This document shows, piece by piece, positions 27,366 through 38,359 of a stretch of 56,555 bases of DNA; within the stretch, counting starts at the first letter, position 1, and each line of letters opens with the position of its first letter. The stretch is taken from contig JBJFEZ010000016.1 of NCBI GenBank assembly GCA_051891195.1, positions 1 through 56,555 on the forward strand, given 5' to 3'. The DNA comes from Clostridia bacterium (GTDB taxonomy: Bacteria; Bacillota; Clostridia; TANB77; CAG-508). The notes beneath the pieces were generated by a model. The model did no database searches. It saw only the letters and a list, made by a program, of their open reading frames with translations, and had not been told where the DNA came from. The position numbers and the translations under genes were made by a program.

Positions 27366-30160
27366 TTATGGAGCTCTCCATATTTGACATTTATTTAAAT
27401 TATAAGTGACCATTGTTCCAGTAGGTGGGTTTCCCCTTGAGCTAACTACTGCACTATTTTGATCCCAACACATTCCGTTTCCTGCATATATTAAAACGTG
27501 AATATTTAAGTGATTTACAACATCTCCTGGTTGTGCTTCTGATGGTGATACCTGTGTCCAACCTGCAGCTGCTAACATATCTGGTATTCCTCCATCACCT
27601 GTCCAGTGATAATTATATGCATTTATCTGGTCTGCTGATAACATTCCTGAGCTATATAACGCCATTGCAACATATGTAGCACAACATAAATTTGTAGCTT
27701 CATTATAGCATCTTTCTATGTCTCCGTGAAATTAGTCCATAGTCTAAACTGTAATGTGCATTTCTTGCTATAAGCATTTGTGTTAATTCTTCGCATGCTG
27801 CCACTAAATCTCCTCCACCTGTATGCCATTTATCTAGTACATCATAATATCCAGTTTGGAATAGTGTCCATTCTGATTTTCTTCTTCTTTCTAGTCCTAA
27901 CATATACTTATTATTAGATGTTACTGGTTTAGACATATATTGTGTGTATAGGCTATGTCCAAAATTTGCATTAGGATTTTGTTCTTCAAAATAATCATCT
28001 GTTTCTGAATTCCAATAAGCATTGTATGAACCAACAAAATCCATACTTGGAGAACCTCTTAAAGTTGTAATAGCTCCACCAACTCCACAATTGTATGCTC
28101 TTGATACTAAAGCATTTATCTGATATCCTGTTAAGTCTAATCCATTTGTCATAGCTTTTATAGTTTCTAGATTTGAATTTATTTCTCTATCTTCTAGTGC
28201 ATCTACAAATTCTATATCTATTTCTGCTCCAATTTCTGTTGAATATCCTGCTGATAAAAATTCATTTAAATATCCACTATTATATATGTCTACGCCATAA
28301 CCAACTGTTGGGTGTCCTGCCCCATCATCGTGTACTATATATTTTGTGCCATCTGCATTTGTAGGTGCTCCTGATCCATTTTCCCAATAGTGTATATATT
28401 CTTTTAATAACTTTGAGCCTCCACCTGAAATTTCAATAAAATCTTTTGCATCAAATATTTGCATACTAAACTCTGTGACTCCATAGTCTTTACCTGTATA
28501 TTTATACATAATGTATCTCATAAGTTGTTCTAAATTTTGTAAAGATGCATCCTTCTGCATTAATTCAAATAGCCATTCTGCACCATTAACTAGGTTTATT
28601 TTTCCTGCTGCTTCATATCTGTCTGTTTTTGGTATTCTAAAAAAGTTATCCATTAAACCTAAAAATGTGGTTTCTTCATCTATTTTTTCATCTTCATCAA
28701 CTTTGTTGTTATTATTTTTATCTTTAATTCCTGGATCTCCTTTTTCTCCAGTTCTATCTTCTACGTCACTTCTAGTACCTTCTTTATATGTATAGCCTTG
28801 TCTTGTTATATCAACAGTTTTATGCTTGTTTGTATACCATATTGCTTTTTCATTGTAATCTGGGTCTTGTGGTTCTGGGTCATCTTCTAAAGAAAAGTCA
28901 TTGCTAGCATCATAATAAAAATCTGAATAGTCTGGTCCTGTTTCTTTTTTGCTATATGTTATTGTCTGTTCACAAAACCAAGTTTTTACATATGTTATTT
29001 TTAATTGAACAGCTACGCTCGTATTAACTGTTGTTCTAGTTGTTTTTGGTGTTTGGTCATTAGGATAATTAGTAAATGGTCCGTTCAGCAGGAATATCGT
29101 CTAGTCGTTCTCCATCAGGTCCATATACATCTTTAGGTCCAATTTTCCAATTTTTTGTTTCATAGTATTTTTCTGTTTCTGTTTGTTTATTTTCATTGTC
29201 TATAATTGTTAGATGTATTTCTGCAGTTTTTGCCATATCGGCTACTGCTGAAACAAATTCAGGGTTTCTTGATATCATTGCTAAATAAAAGAAAAAATTC
29301 ATTGATGTAGTGTATTGTGATATGCTATTTTTATAATCAATTGATTTGAGACTTATCTTGACTGATTGCACTACCCCATTTACTTCAGAGGTTGTCCAAT
29401 AAGGTATTACTAGTTTGCCCTGTTCATCTATTGAATAGTATCTTCTTATTTCCCAAATATCTCTTTGTGTTCCACCTTCTGCAATTTGTTTTATTTGTGC
29501 GTATGGTATATATTCTAGTAATGTTTCTTTGGATTTTGGTTCTATTTCCTGTTCTCCTTTGGTTCTATGTATATATACGGAACCATATGTATCTCCTATA
29601 TGAAATAATTTATCTAGCCAATCTGGTTTTGGATAAACTGTTTGTGTTGAAGCTTGAGCTTCATAAAATTTTCTTACATATTTTCTTAATGCTTCTCTAT
29701 TTTCCTTTTCTATTTCAGGATCAGTATAGTCAACATCCCCCATAAGGTTTAATTCATCTAGATCTATTCCTATTTCTTCCATTGCATCTATAATTTCGTC
29801 TATTTGGTCATCATCAATAGTTATGATACCTGTGTTTTTATCTAATTCATAAAATTCAGTAATTTTAGCTGTTGTTTCTTGAACTTTGTTTGCTATCGTA
29901 TCATAAGTAGAGTGAACAAAGGAAGCAAGTGCTATAATTAAAATTATTGGTAATGATATTGATATGCCTAATATTAGCCAAAATTTTTTATTTTTTAATA
30001 AGTTGAAAGAATCTTTTGCTATACCTAATACGTTTCCTGTACCAATGTCTTTAGCTAAATTTGTACCATCTTTTACTAGATTTGTTGTATCTTGAATGTC
30101 ATTACCTACTTTTTCGCCTAAAGATTGCTCATTATTTTGTTCTTCGTCCATTTTACTCAC
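27366..30160 (-). CDS. Membrane-anchored bifunctional cell-wall hydrolase (lysozyme-like + NlpC/P60), 930 aa after two +1 shifts (PrgK/TcpG analogue)
   Basis: ORFs 29069-30160, the unlisted open frame 28654-29080, 27703-28653 and 27366-27665 fuse through CGG sites at 29081 and 27724. The C-terminal domain has CCATYVAMALY (Cys) and HVLIYAG (His). Confidence 0.7.
27724..27726 (-). other. In-frame CGG recoding site (tca CGG a)
   Basis: The 0 frame stops 6 codons later. The +1 frame enters the NlpC/P60 domain upstream of its catalytic Cys. Confidence 0.65.
29081..29083 (-). other. In-frame CGG recoding site (gaa CGG a)
   Basis: The 0 frame stops 3 codons later. The +1 frame is open for about 140 codons, into MDNFFRIPK. 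Confidence 0.6.
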
Positions 30161-30167
30161 CTTCTTT

Positions 30168-31088
30168 TTATAATTCTATTATTATATCTATTGCTTGATT
30201 AAGGTCATCCCCTAAATTTATGTTGCCAAATTTTATTTTTTTAATAATTCTGTATGTATCATAAATTTTGTTAAAGTTTATATTTAATGTTGTTTGTCTT
30301 TTTGCTTTTAGTGATAAGTCGTATTCTGGTAATTCTTCTATAAAAGATAAATATTTTACATTATTTTTATCTAATAAGCATATATCTTCTGCTGTTTCTC
30401 CATCACTTATAGTTATTGTATTTTCTGTATAATTTCTAATTGTTATATTATATGATTCATAATCTCTATACACATTTTTACTATTTATTAATATCTCTAC
30501 ATCTTTTATTGATTTTGATTTATTAATAATTTCTTTTCCTATAAATCCATTTATATTAATTTTGTTTTCACCATTTTGGTTAATTATTGTAATATAGTCT
30601 TCTATGTTATTGTTAATTCCAGCTCCACCTGTTGCTAGTAAGTTATCTTCATAATATAGTATTTTATAGGTATAATAACCTTTATTACTAATCCATAATT
30701 CTAGATTATATGTTTTGTTTGTTTTAAAGATATTATTATAGTATCTAGATTTAAATGTATCTATACTATTGTTAAATTCTTGTTTACAGTCATCTGATAA
30801 TAAAGAATAGGCTTGCTCAATTTCTTTATTGTTACAGTACTTTACAAATTGTTTTATAATGTCAATATTTTCTTCAGTTACTTTTTCTGAAAGTTCTTGT
30901 CCTGTTATTACAGATTGATTTGGTCTGTCATTATCTTTTATATTTTGTTGTAATTTATTATTATTACTTTTATTTGGTTTTAATAAACTATTTACAAGCT
31001 GTAAAAGAATAAAAGCAAAAGCTATAATTATAATAACTTTTATTATTCCTTTTTTATTTTGGTTAAAAAATCTAATAAATTTATTCAT
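30168..31088 (-). CDS. N-terminally anchored hypothetical protein (possible VirB8/TcpC-like NTF2 fold)
   Basis: 306 aa, with a single TM helix followed by a soluble domain. The assignment rests on position within the T4SS block only. Confidence 0.5.
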   Translation of the reverse strand: MNKFIRFFNQNKKGIIKVIIIIAFAFILLQLVNSLLKPNKSNNNKLQQNIKDNDRPNQSVITGQELSEKVTEENIDIIKQFVKYCNNKEIEQAYSLLSDDCKQEFNNSIDTFKSRYYNNIFKTNKTYNLELWISNKGYYTYKILYYEDNLLATGGAGINNNIEDYITIINQNGENKININGFIGKEIINKSKSIKDVEILINSKNVYRDYESYNITIRNYTENTITISDGETAEDICLLDKNNVKYLSFIEELPEYDLSLKAKRQTTLNINFNKIYDTYRIIKKIKFGNINLGDDLNQAIDIIIEL

Positions 31089-31115
31089 TGTAATTATAGC
31101 CTCCTATTTTATTAT

Positions 31116-33783
31116 TTAACGTGGTGTTTTATAATAATCTTTCACATAATTCATCATTTGTTTAGCATTTGCAGACACTTCTCTATCGCTTAATTCTGAG
31201 TTAGCATTTTTTATTCCTCTTTCAAATTCTTTTAGTTTTCCTTCAACATATTTTTCATCTGATAATTTGCCTGCATCAACGCCTTTAGCCATTTTAGCTA
31301 TTGTTTGTGCCATTACTTTAGCCTGCTCATTTGTTTCTTGTATTCTTTCTTTATTTTCTCTTTCACTTTCTGGTAGATTTTCTTTTAGTTCTTTTCTCAT
31401 TTTGTCTTCTAATTTCATTGTTTTCTTTCTATCAGAAGGGTCTGAAATTCCTGCAAGTCTATGAGAAATTAGTCTTTGTTCCATATCATCTAATTGTTTT
31501 CCACTATAGCGATTTCCATCTGAATCATAATAGTTGTTCATAACCTCTTGTCTCATTTCTCCTGATGATATTATTTTCTGTCTTTCTCTAATAACATTTG
31601 CCATCTCATCACTTCCATAGAGCATTCTTCCACTTGCTCTACTTATAGATTGACCTGTTTCTGAGTTTGCAATTCTTTTTCCTATTGCAGGCGCTACAGA
31701 TGCCCCTAAGGCAGTTCCAGCTGCGCCATATTTTAATACATCTTCTAAGTCATCTCCAGCAATTCCCATACCTATTCCTACCGCTCCAGTAACTCCTGCA
31801 ACAGCTACTCTTCCTGCAAATTTTCCTGCTGCTTTTAAAGCTTTTTCTGCTGTTACTTTTCGTGCTTCTTCAGTTCCTAAGTTTCTTCTTGTCCAATTTT
31901 TTGCTTTTTTCACTACTGGTGGTGTTATTGCTCTTTTAATTTTTTCTTTTCTTTCTTTTTGTGATTCTTGTGATTCTTGTGATTCTTGTGATTCTTCTGA
32001 CTCTTGTGGTGTAGTAGAATCAGCAATATATCCATTATCTCTTAAATATTTATTAATAGAATCATCATCCCAGCCTTGTTCTTCTTTTAACCATTTTGCA
32101 AGTTCATCAGCAGACATTTCAGGTGATTCTGGTTGATATGCCTCTCTTGCCATTGCTTCTCTTTCAGCATTATCATATGCGTCTGTTCCATAGTTTTCGT
32201 CGTACGCTTCTAACATCCTTTGTTGTGCAGTTTGTTCATTAGTATTATTTTCTGGTGAATTATTTCTTGACAAAACACTATTTTCCATTGTTCCTAAATT
32301 TCTATTATTGCTATTTGCAAAAGCTTCATATCCATTAGGTGAATTTGGATCTTCAACTTGATTTTCTCTTGTTCTAACATTGCTGTTTCCTCCGCTTCCA
32401 CCACCTGAAGCCACTTTGCCTCCTATAAGTCCAACGCCTTTTTTAAATAGATTATATGCTGCTGCTCCACCAAACATTGCTCCTGCTGAACTTAAAGTTC
32501 CTGGTGTTGAAGCTTTATCAAATCCAAAGAATTTACGTAACATTTTTTCTGCTGGTCCCATAAATGCAATTACCATAATAGCATATATAGGATTATTTGC
32601 TGCAAGCATAGCTACAGATCCAACCAGTACTGTATATATTATTAAATGGAATGGTTGTAATAAGGCTGTAAATATATATTCTTTTATCCAAGCACTAAAT
32701 GCTTGCGCTTTTCCATCATTCATTTTATCTATTGGATATGTCATAGCAACTAGAGGTGCAATAATTGTTAAAAATGCCATTGTTATAGTTCTTTTCATAT
32801 ATACCCAGGTATATTTACAGGTATATACTAATAATGCTATATATAGTATAAAATAAGTTGTCTTAACTCCTATATCTTTATATTGCATTTGTAGCCTTAT
32901 AAGTCCCATTAGATCTGTATTAAACTCTAATACAGGACTGCCATTTTGTAATATTTGAACAGGTATAGAACTCATATCTGCTCCAATTGTCTCATTTATA
33001 ATTTCTATTAATCCTATTATACCAGCCATTATATAATGCATAAAGAATAGTAAACACATTGCAACAAACCAGTCAAATAGTCTTTGTTTATATTTTGCTT
33101 TATCATCTGCTGCACTACTAATTAAAATTCTAATTCCTGTATATAATAATACTGATAGTAATCCAACAATAGCTATATTTCTTAAAGCATTATACCATTG
33201 TGATATAGTATTGCTAATTTTTGCAGTTATAGATAAATCATTTTTGTCGCTGTCTTCCCAATCTTTTGGACTAATAAAGTTTATATCAAATGCTGGTATT
33301 TTACCCGCAAATATTTTGTCAACTGAATATTGAAGAATTGGTATTGTATAATTAGGTCCATTTAAAAGATCTATAACTAAGTCTGCTCCTCCTAAAATTG
33401 CTCCCCCACATACAAATGTAGTCAATATTCCAGCTAAACTCACGTCGTCAAACATATCGTCATCTATCTTAACTGGTTCTTTTCCCGCAGAAGGATTATA
33501 TGCCATCTCTGGATACTTTGATTGAAACTTTTTAAAATAACTTTTCCCCATTAATATACTACCCAGTCCGTCCAGTTAGGTCTGTTCTTCCATTATATAA
33601 GTAATTTTGTAATAATGCTAATATTGAATCTCCTATTCCTGCTACAAATTCAAATATTGGGTCAAATAGCACTCCAAATACATCTGCTTGAGAATACGTT
33701 GGAAACGCAAAACCAAATAATATTGAAATTATGACTGCTATTATTATCTTTTGAGTTATGCTTTTTTTAGTAAGAAATTTCAT
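31116..33783 (-). CDS. Polytopic membrane protein, VirB6/TrbL-like candidate with long C-terminal cytoplasmic extension (888 aa after one +1 shift)
   Basis: The 74-aa signal-peptide ORF 33559-33783 fuses via the CGG at 33568 to ORF 31116-33551, which has no RBS of its own. Multiple TM helices, a Gly-rich segment and ESQ repeats. Confidence 0.65.
31962..32006 (-). repeat. 9-bp coding microsatellite (tgattcttg x3 perfect plus 2 degenerate), encoding (ESQ)n
   Basis: Direct reading of 31962-32006. The protein reads ESEESQESQESQESQ. Confidence 0.8.
33568..33570 (-). other. In-frame CGG recoding site (gga CGG a)
   Basis: The 0 frame stops 2 codons later. The +1 frame reads GGA CTG GGT AGT ATA TTA ATG GGG..., continuous with the 811-aa ORF. 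Confidence 0.65.
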
Positions 33784-33806
33784 ATTATCCTCCCTAATAA
33801 ATTTTG

Positions 33807-35780
33807 TTATCTCATTTTTTTGCTTTTCATCTGTGCTAATTTATTTAAGTTCGTTTCAACGAATTCAAATTCCTTTGCAGTAGGTTGTATTTGAATAATT
33901 GCACTATCTGGTCCTACTTTTAATAAACCTTCTCCTTTAAAACAAGTAGTTAAAAAGTTTGCTTCTCCACCACTTAATTTAAATACTTCTTTTAAATATT
34001 GTATTTCAGATTTATCTTGTGCTAAAAATAGCTTAGTATCAGATGATGTTAATACTGCTTGTGCTTCTGGTTTTTCATAAAAGTCTTGAAATCTTTGAGA
34101 TATAATTGCCAAAGATACATTTCTTTTTCTGGCACGTCTTGCCATAGTATTTAAGAAGTCTACAGCTTCTGGGTATGGTAAAAGCATCCAAGCTTCATCA
34201 ACTAAAACCCTTTTCTTTGAAGCTTTGCTTCTATCTTCACTATTTTTCTTAACATATTTTTCCCAAATCCAAGCTAGCAAAATTTGTTGTGCTAGTGGTC
34301 TTGCAAATCTTTCTTCTAGTTGTGATATATCTAGGTTAATAAATAATGTACCATCTAATAAGTCAAAGGTAGATTGTCCATCAAAATATGCCATTTGTCC
34401 ATCATATTCTCTTATGTATTGTTTCATAACTTTTAATAAATAGCTGTAATGGAAGTTATAGTCTTGGTTTGTGTTTTCCGCAGCTTTATTTTGTATTCTT
34501 CTGTACCATGAACCTATTGTTGGCATTTTTTTCTTTTCTTTTCCTAACATATTTGCATTCATTTGGTCTCCTGATGCTTCATATAAGCTGTTTGGGTCTG
34601 ATGTAATTCCGTGTGCTGCATATTCTTCAGCAACAGATTCTGCTATAATTTGTTTTGTAAGCTCGTTTACTTCTTGGCTTCTTGTACTACCTCTTGCCAT
34701 TGTAAGTAGAGCTTGTGTAACGTCCTCTACTTTGTTTTCAACATTAAGTACTAGTCTGTCTCTACCTGTAATTTCGTCTTTTATAACCTCTGTTTCAATA
34801 TCAAATATATTTATAACTGTTTTTGATGTTGGTGAAAGTACTACATTTATTCCACCTAAGCTTTCTGCAACTATGCTATATTCACCCTCAGCGTCTAGTG
34901 CTAAGCTTTGTATTCCCATTAATACTGCTGAACGAGAAATTAAAGTTTTCATTGTAACTGATTTACCAGCACCAGATTTAGCAAATATAACCATATTATA
35001 ATTTGTTAAAGAATTGTGGAAGTTATCAAATAAAATTGGTACTCCAGTTTGTTTATTTATTCCTAATGGTATTCCAGAAGGATGTCCTACTTCTGATGTA
35101 GTAAATGGGAATACTGTTCCCATAGATCTACGGTCAAAAGTATGTGTTTTTTTAATTTTATCATCCATTAATGGAAGGTTTGATTTAAAAGCATCTTCTT
35201 GCATTGCCCAAGCGCTTTTTATATTTACTAATGACTTAGACATTTCTGTTGCAAGTAATTTTGTATACTTGTCTAAATCTTCTAAACTATACGCAAATAA
35301 AGTTGCAACAATAGATGCTTCATAAAGTTTATTAAATCCAGCTGCAATTTCGTCTCTTAATTGTTCTGCTTCTAATCTTTTTTGGCTTAATGTACTTTCT
35401 CTATTTATATTACCTCTATCTGCCGCTACAATTCTTTCTGTTTCTAGTTCGTTTATTACTCTGTTAAGTTCATTTTGTGATCTAGATTCTTGAATTGGGT
35501 TTATGTATATTGATGTATTTATATCTCCAAATAAGTACATATCTCTAAATAATTCTGGGAATGTACACATTCTTGGTAAACTTGATACAAAAAAGCTTCT
35601 TGCATATCTTGTAACATTTGATATTATCTCTAAATGGTCTATGTTACTAGAGTCAATACCAGATGGAGCAATTAATTCTTTTATTGTCTTTTTTCTTAAA
35701 ATTTTGTATTCTTCAGGTTTTGTGTAGTCATTGTGTTGTCCTTGTATAATATCATCTATTTGTTTGTCCTTTTTAGCCAT
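33807..35780 (-). CDS. VirB4-family T4SS ATPase (PrgJ/TrsE/TcpF-like)
   Basis: 657 aa with Walker A AKSGAGKS and Walker B RVLVDEAW, plus a VirB4-type N-terminal domain. Confidence 0.85.
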   Translation of the reverse strand: MAKKDKQIDDIIQGQHNDYTKPEEYKILRKKTIKELIAPSGIDSSNIDHLEIISNVTRYARSFFVSSLPRMCTFPELFRDMYLFGDINTSIYINPIQESRSQNELNRVINELETERIVAADRGNINRESTLSQKRLEAEQLRDEIAAGFNKLYEASIVATLFAYSLEDLDKYTKLLATEMSKSLVNIKSAWAMQEDAFKSNLPLMDDKIKKTHTFDRRSMGTVFPFTTSEVGHPSGIPLGINKQTGVPILFDNFHNSLTNYNMVIFAKSGAGKSVTMKTLISRSAVLMGIQSLALDAEGEYSIVAESLGGINVVLSPTSKTVINIFDIETEVIKDEITGRDRLVLNVENKVEDVTQALLTMARGSTRSQEVNELTKQIIAESVAEEYAAHGITSDPNSLYEASGDQMNANMLGKEKKKMPTIGSWYRRIQNKAAENTNQDYNFHYSYLLKVMKQYIREYDGQMAYFDGQSTFDLLDGTLFINLDISQLEERFARPLAQQILLAWIWEKYVKKNSEDRSKASKKRVLVDEAWMLLPYPEAVDFLNTMARRARKRNVSLAIISQRFQDFYEKPEAQAVLTSSDTKLFLAQDKSEIQYLKEVFKLSGGEANFLTTCFKGEGLLKVGPDSAIIQIQPTAKEFEFVETNLNKLAQMKSKKMR

Positions 35781-36990
35781 TATCTTTTGTACCTCCTTCT
35801 ACCGAATTTTCTGTAGCTTGTTTTTTAGGTCTTCCTCTTCTTTTTGCTGTATCTGCTTCTATTTTTTCTATAGCACTTTTGGCAACGTCTTTTCCAACAA
35901 TATGTTTGTTTTGCTCTATAATCATTTTAGCCATTTTATCAATTAAATTTTCCATTGATTCTTCTTTTTGTTCTAATGCTTTTTCTTTTTCTGATTTTGC
36001 TTCTAATACCGTTCTATTAGCTTTTTCAAATGCTTCTTTTTCTATTTTCTCATTTAAGGCTTTTATTTTTTTGTCAATAACATCTGGAGCTGTTGAATAT
36101 AATTCGTCATATCCTGCCTGTATAGCTTTGTCTACTCCATATAGTTCTGCATCATCACGGTTATATGCTACATATAATAAATCTGCTAAAGCATCAGAAT
36201 TTAAAACTTTTCCATTAACACCGCAAACTGATAATGTTCTTATTATTGATTGTGCTCTAGTATATAACTCTGAAAATGCTAGGTTTGTAATTTCTTTTTT
36301 ATCAAAATTGTTTTCTCCTAATTCTTCTGGATAGTATGGAATAACAACATAATATTTTTGATTTAATACATTTCTGTTTAAACTCATTTTTTCAGTTGTA
36401 TAAATAATGTCTTTTCCATATTCGTATAAGTTTGTTGCTTTTGTTAGTTCAAAGAATGCTGCGTGTAATTGTTCTTCTGTATATAAATCTGAATTAACCA
36501 TTTGTTCATATTTCATTCTTTGTTTTTCTAGTTCTGCTTCAATTTCATTAACTTTTGTTTTATATGTTTGTATACTATTTTCTAGGTTAATTGTTCTTGT
36601 TTGTGTATATATTTGAATTGGATGTCTTAATGTATTTAAAAATTGAATAAACCCTTCTTCTACTGCATTTTTTTCAACTTCAGACATTAAGTCATAGTTT
36701 ACACCTTGACATTCAACTACCATTACATATTTAGTTCCATTCTTTGTTATTATCATATTGTCTTCAATTTTATCAAATTCCATAAAGTCAAATATTGAAT
36801 CTACCGTGTATGATTTTGTTGTTTTTGTTGTTTTTTTGCTGTCTTGGGTTGTTGCTTGTATATTATTTGACTTTTTCTCTTTAGTTTTAGTTTTTAAGTA
36901 TAAAATACAAAAAATTACTAGCAATACCATCATAACTGCAAAGACACATATTAGAGCTATTGTAAGTATGTCATTAGTACTATTATTCAT
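35773..36990 (-). CDS. TM-anchored protein resembling a stand-alone VirB4 N-terminal domain, with C-terminal coiled coil and RGRP AT-hook
   Basis: 405 aa with an N-terminal TM helix and no P-loop. The C-terminus reads AKRRGRPKKQ. Overlaps neighbouring genes by 8 nt on both sides. Confidence 0.5.
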   Translation of the reverse strand: MNNSTNDILTIALICVFAVMMVLLVIFCILYLKTKTKEKKSNNIQATTQDSKKTTKTTKSYTVDSIFDFMEFDKIEDNMIITKNGTKYVMVVECQGVNYDLMSEVEKNAVEEGFIQFLNTLRHPIQIYTQTRTINLENSIQTYKTKVNEIEAELEKQRMKYEQMVNSDLYTEEQLHAAFFELTKATNLYEYGKDIIYTTEKMSLNRNVLNQKYYVVIPYYPEELGENNFDKKEITNLAFSELYTRAQSIIRTLSVCGVNGKVLNSDALADLLYVAYNRDDAELYGVDKAIQAGYDELYSTAPDVIDKKIKALNEKIEKEAFEKANRTVLEAKSEKEKALEQKEESMENLIDKMAKMIIEQNKHIVGKDVAKSAIEKIEADTAKRRGRPKKQATENSVEGGTKDNG

Positions 36991-37327
36991 TATTTTTATC
37001 CTCCTTGTATACGTATATTTTTCTACCTTTTGTATTAAATTTTATTGCTCTTCTTATAACATCATCTAAGTTTTCTCCACCTGTTTTTTTGCTAAACTCA
37101 AATTTAGCTATTTCAGGAACTTTTATTGTGCCTATTCCAAATCCTATTAATGCAAATACTGCAACTATAACTATTCCTACTAAGGTCATATTTAACATAG
37201 AAAATATAAAATTAAACAATAAACCAATTCCTGCTGCTACTACTGTATAAATTAAGCTTTTGGTTGTAAATATGAATAATATTCTATTTTCACCTTTTAC
37301 ATTTCTGGGTAAATTGTATGTTCCCAT
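36983..37327 (-). CDS. PrgI-family / VirB3-like small membrane protein
   Basis: 114 aa with two adjacent TM helices after a short N-terminus. Sits directly upstream of the VirB4 module. Confidence 0.6.
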   Translation of the reverse strand: MGTYNLPRNVKGENRILFIFTTKSLIYTVVAAGIGLLFNFIFSMLNMTLVGIVIVAVFALIGFGIGTIKVPEIAKFEFSKKTGGENLDDVIRRAIKFNTKGRKIYVYKEDKNNE

Positions 37328-37421
37328 TATGTGTCCTCCTTTGTTTTTCTAGTATTTTAACTATTTATTTTTATTCAATATATATTATAGCAAATATTAT
37401 CGAAAAATGTAACTAAAAAAT

Positions 37422-37446
37422 AAAAAAAAGTGCATTTTTATGCACT
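37422..37446 (-). terminator. Intrinsic terminator after the pilin genes
   Basis: Stem agtgcat / atgcact followed by a run of 8 U on the minus strand. Confidence 0.6.
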
Positions 37447-37457
37447 TTTAATATATT

Positions 37458-37487
37458 TGTAATATATTTGTAATGTTTTTGTAATAT
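37458..37487 (+). promoter_or_regulatory. Three TGTAAT(A/G)T boxes phased at exactly 11 bp
   Basis: TGTAATAT at 37458, TGTAATGT at 37469 and TGTAATAT at 37480, between the pilin-1 stop and the prgI-like gene. Confidence 0.35.
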
Positions 37488-37867
37488 TATCCGTTTCCAC
37501 CTAGTCCAGAAGCTAGTGCTACAACTACTTTTGTGATTGCAGATGCACCAAAAATTAAGATGGCACCAACTAAGTAAGGAATCATTGTTTTCTTGTATTC
37601 TGCTTTTTCTGAAGCACTACCCATCATATATTTAATACCTAATACTAATAGTATAACAACAGCAACTACAACACCAACAGTTGTAATAATACCAATAATT
37701 TGGTTTCCCATATTCATTACGTCTTGTTGTGCACCACTTGTTGTTCCTGTTAATTGACCAGCTAATTCTGAAGGATTAACTTCACCAGCTTTACTCATTG
37801 TGCTTAAAGTAATAAGTACTGCAAGCATAAGCATTAATACACTAACTATTTTTACAATTTTTTTCAT
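37487..37867 (-). CDS. T4SS pilin-like protein 1 (VirB2/TrbC-like architecture)
   Basis: 126 aa with a signal peptide and two hydrophobic helices separated by the conserved GIKYMMGSASEKAEYKKTMIPYLVGA. Confidence 0.6.
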   Translation of the reverse strand: MKKIVKIVSVLMLMLAVLITLSTMSKAGEVNPSELAGQLTGTTSGAQQDVMNMGNQIIGIITTVGVVVAVVILLVLGIKYMMGSASEKAEYKKTMIPYLVGAILIFGASAITKVVVALASGLGGNG

Positions 37868-37940
37868 AAATATCCTCCTTTTTATTTTTATATTTTTTAT
37901 TGCAAATGTTTCTTTTTATGAAACAATTTTAAAATCACAT

Positions 37941-38306
37941 TTATTTTAGTATTGTTATTACTATTCTCCAAATTCCAAATGCTCCAAATATTACTACACA
38001 TCCTATTACAAATGGAATTAGTGCTTCTTTTATTTTTCCTTTTTGTTCTACACTGCCTGTAATAAATTGTATTCCTAGTACAGCTCCTACTATTACAGCT
38101 GTAGCAGTTCCAATAATTAATAAAATATTGTATAAAGTATTATTCATAAGGTCTAGTTTGTCTTGCTTTATTACAGTACCTGCGGAATTAGCTCCATTTT
38201 CTATCCAATTATCTGCTCCTTGAAAAATACTTGAAGCTTGTACTATGTTTGTAGTACTAATTAGTAATATGGTTAATATTAAAATTAAAAATACCTTTTT
38301 TACCAT
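37941..38306 (-). CDS. T4SS pilin-like protein 2
   Basis: 121 aa with the same architecture (GIQFITGSVEQKGKIKEALIPFVIGC). Confidence 0.6.
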   Translation of the reverse strand: MVKKVFLILILTILLISTTNIVQASSIFQGADNWIENGANSAGTVIKQDKLDLMNNTLYNILLIIGTATAVIVGAVLGIQFITGSVEQKGKIKEALIPFVIGCVVIFGAFGIWRIVITILK

Positions 38307-38359
38307 AGCTTTTTTCCTTTTTTTCTTATTATACTACAAAAAACACCATTTTGCAAATA

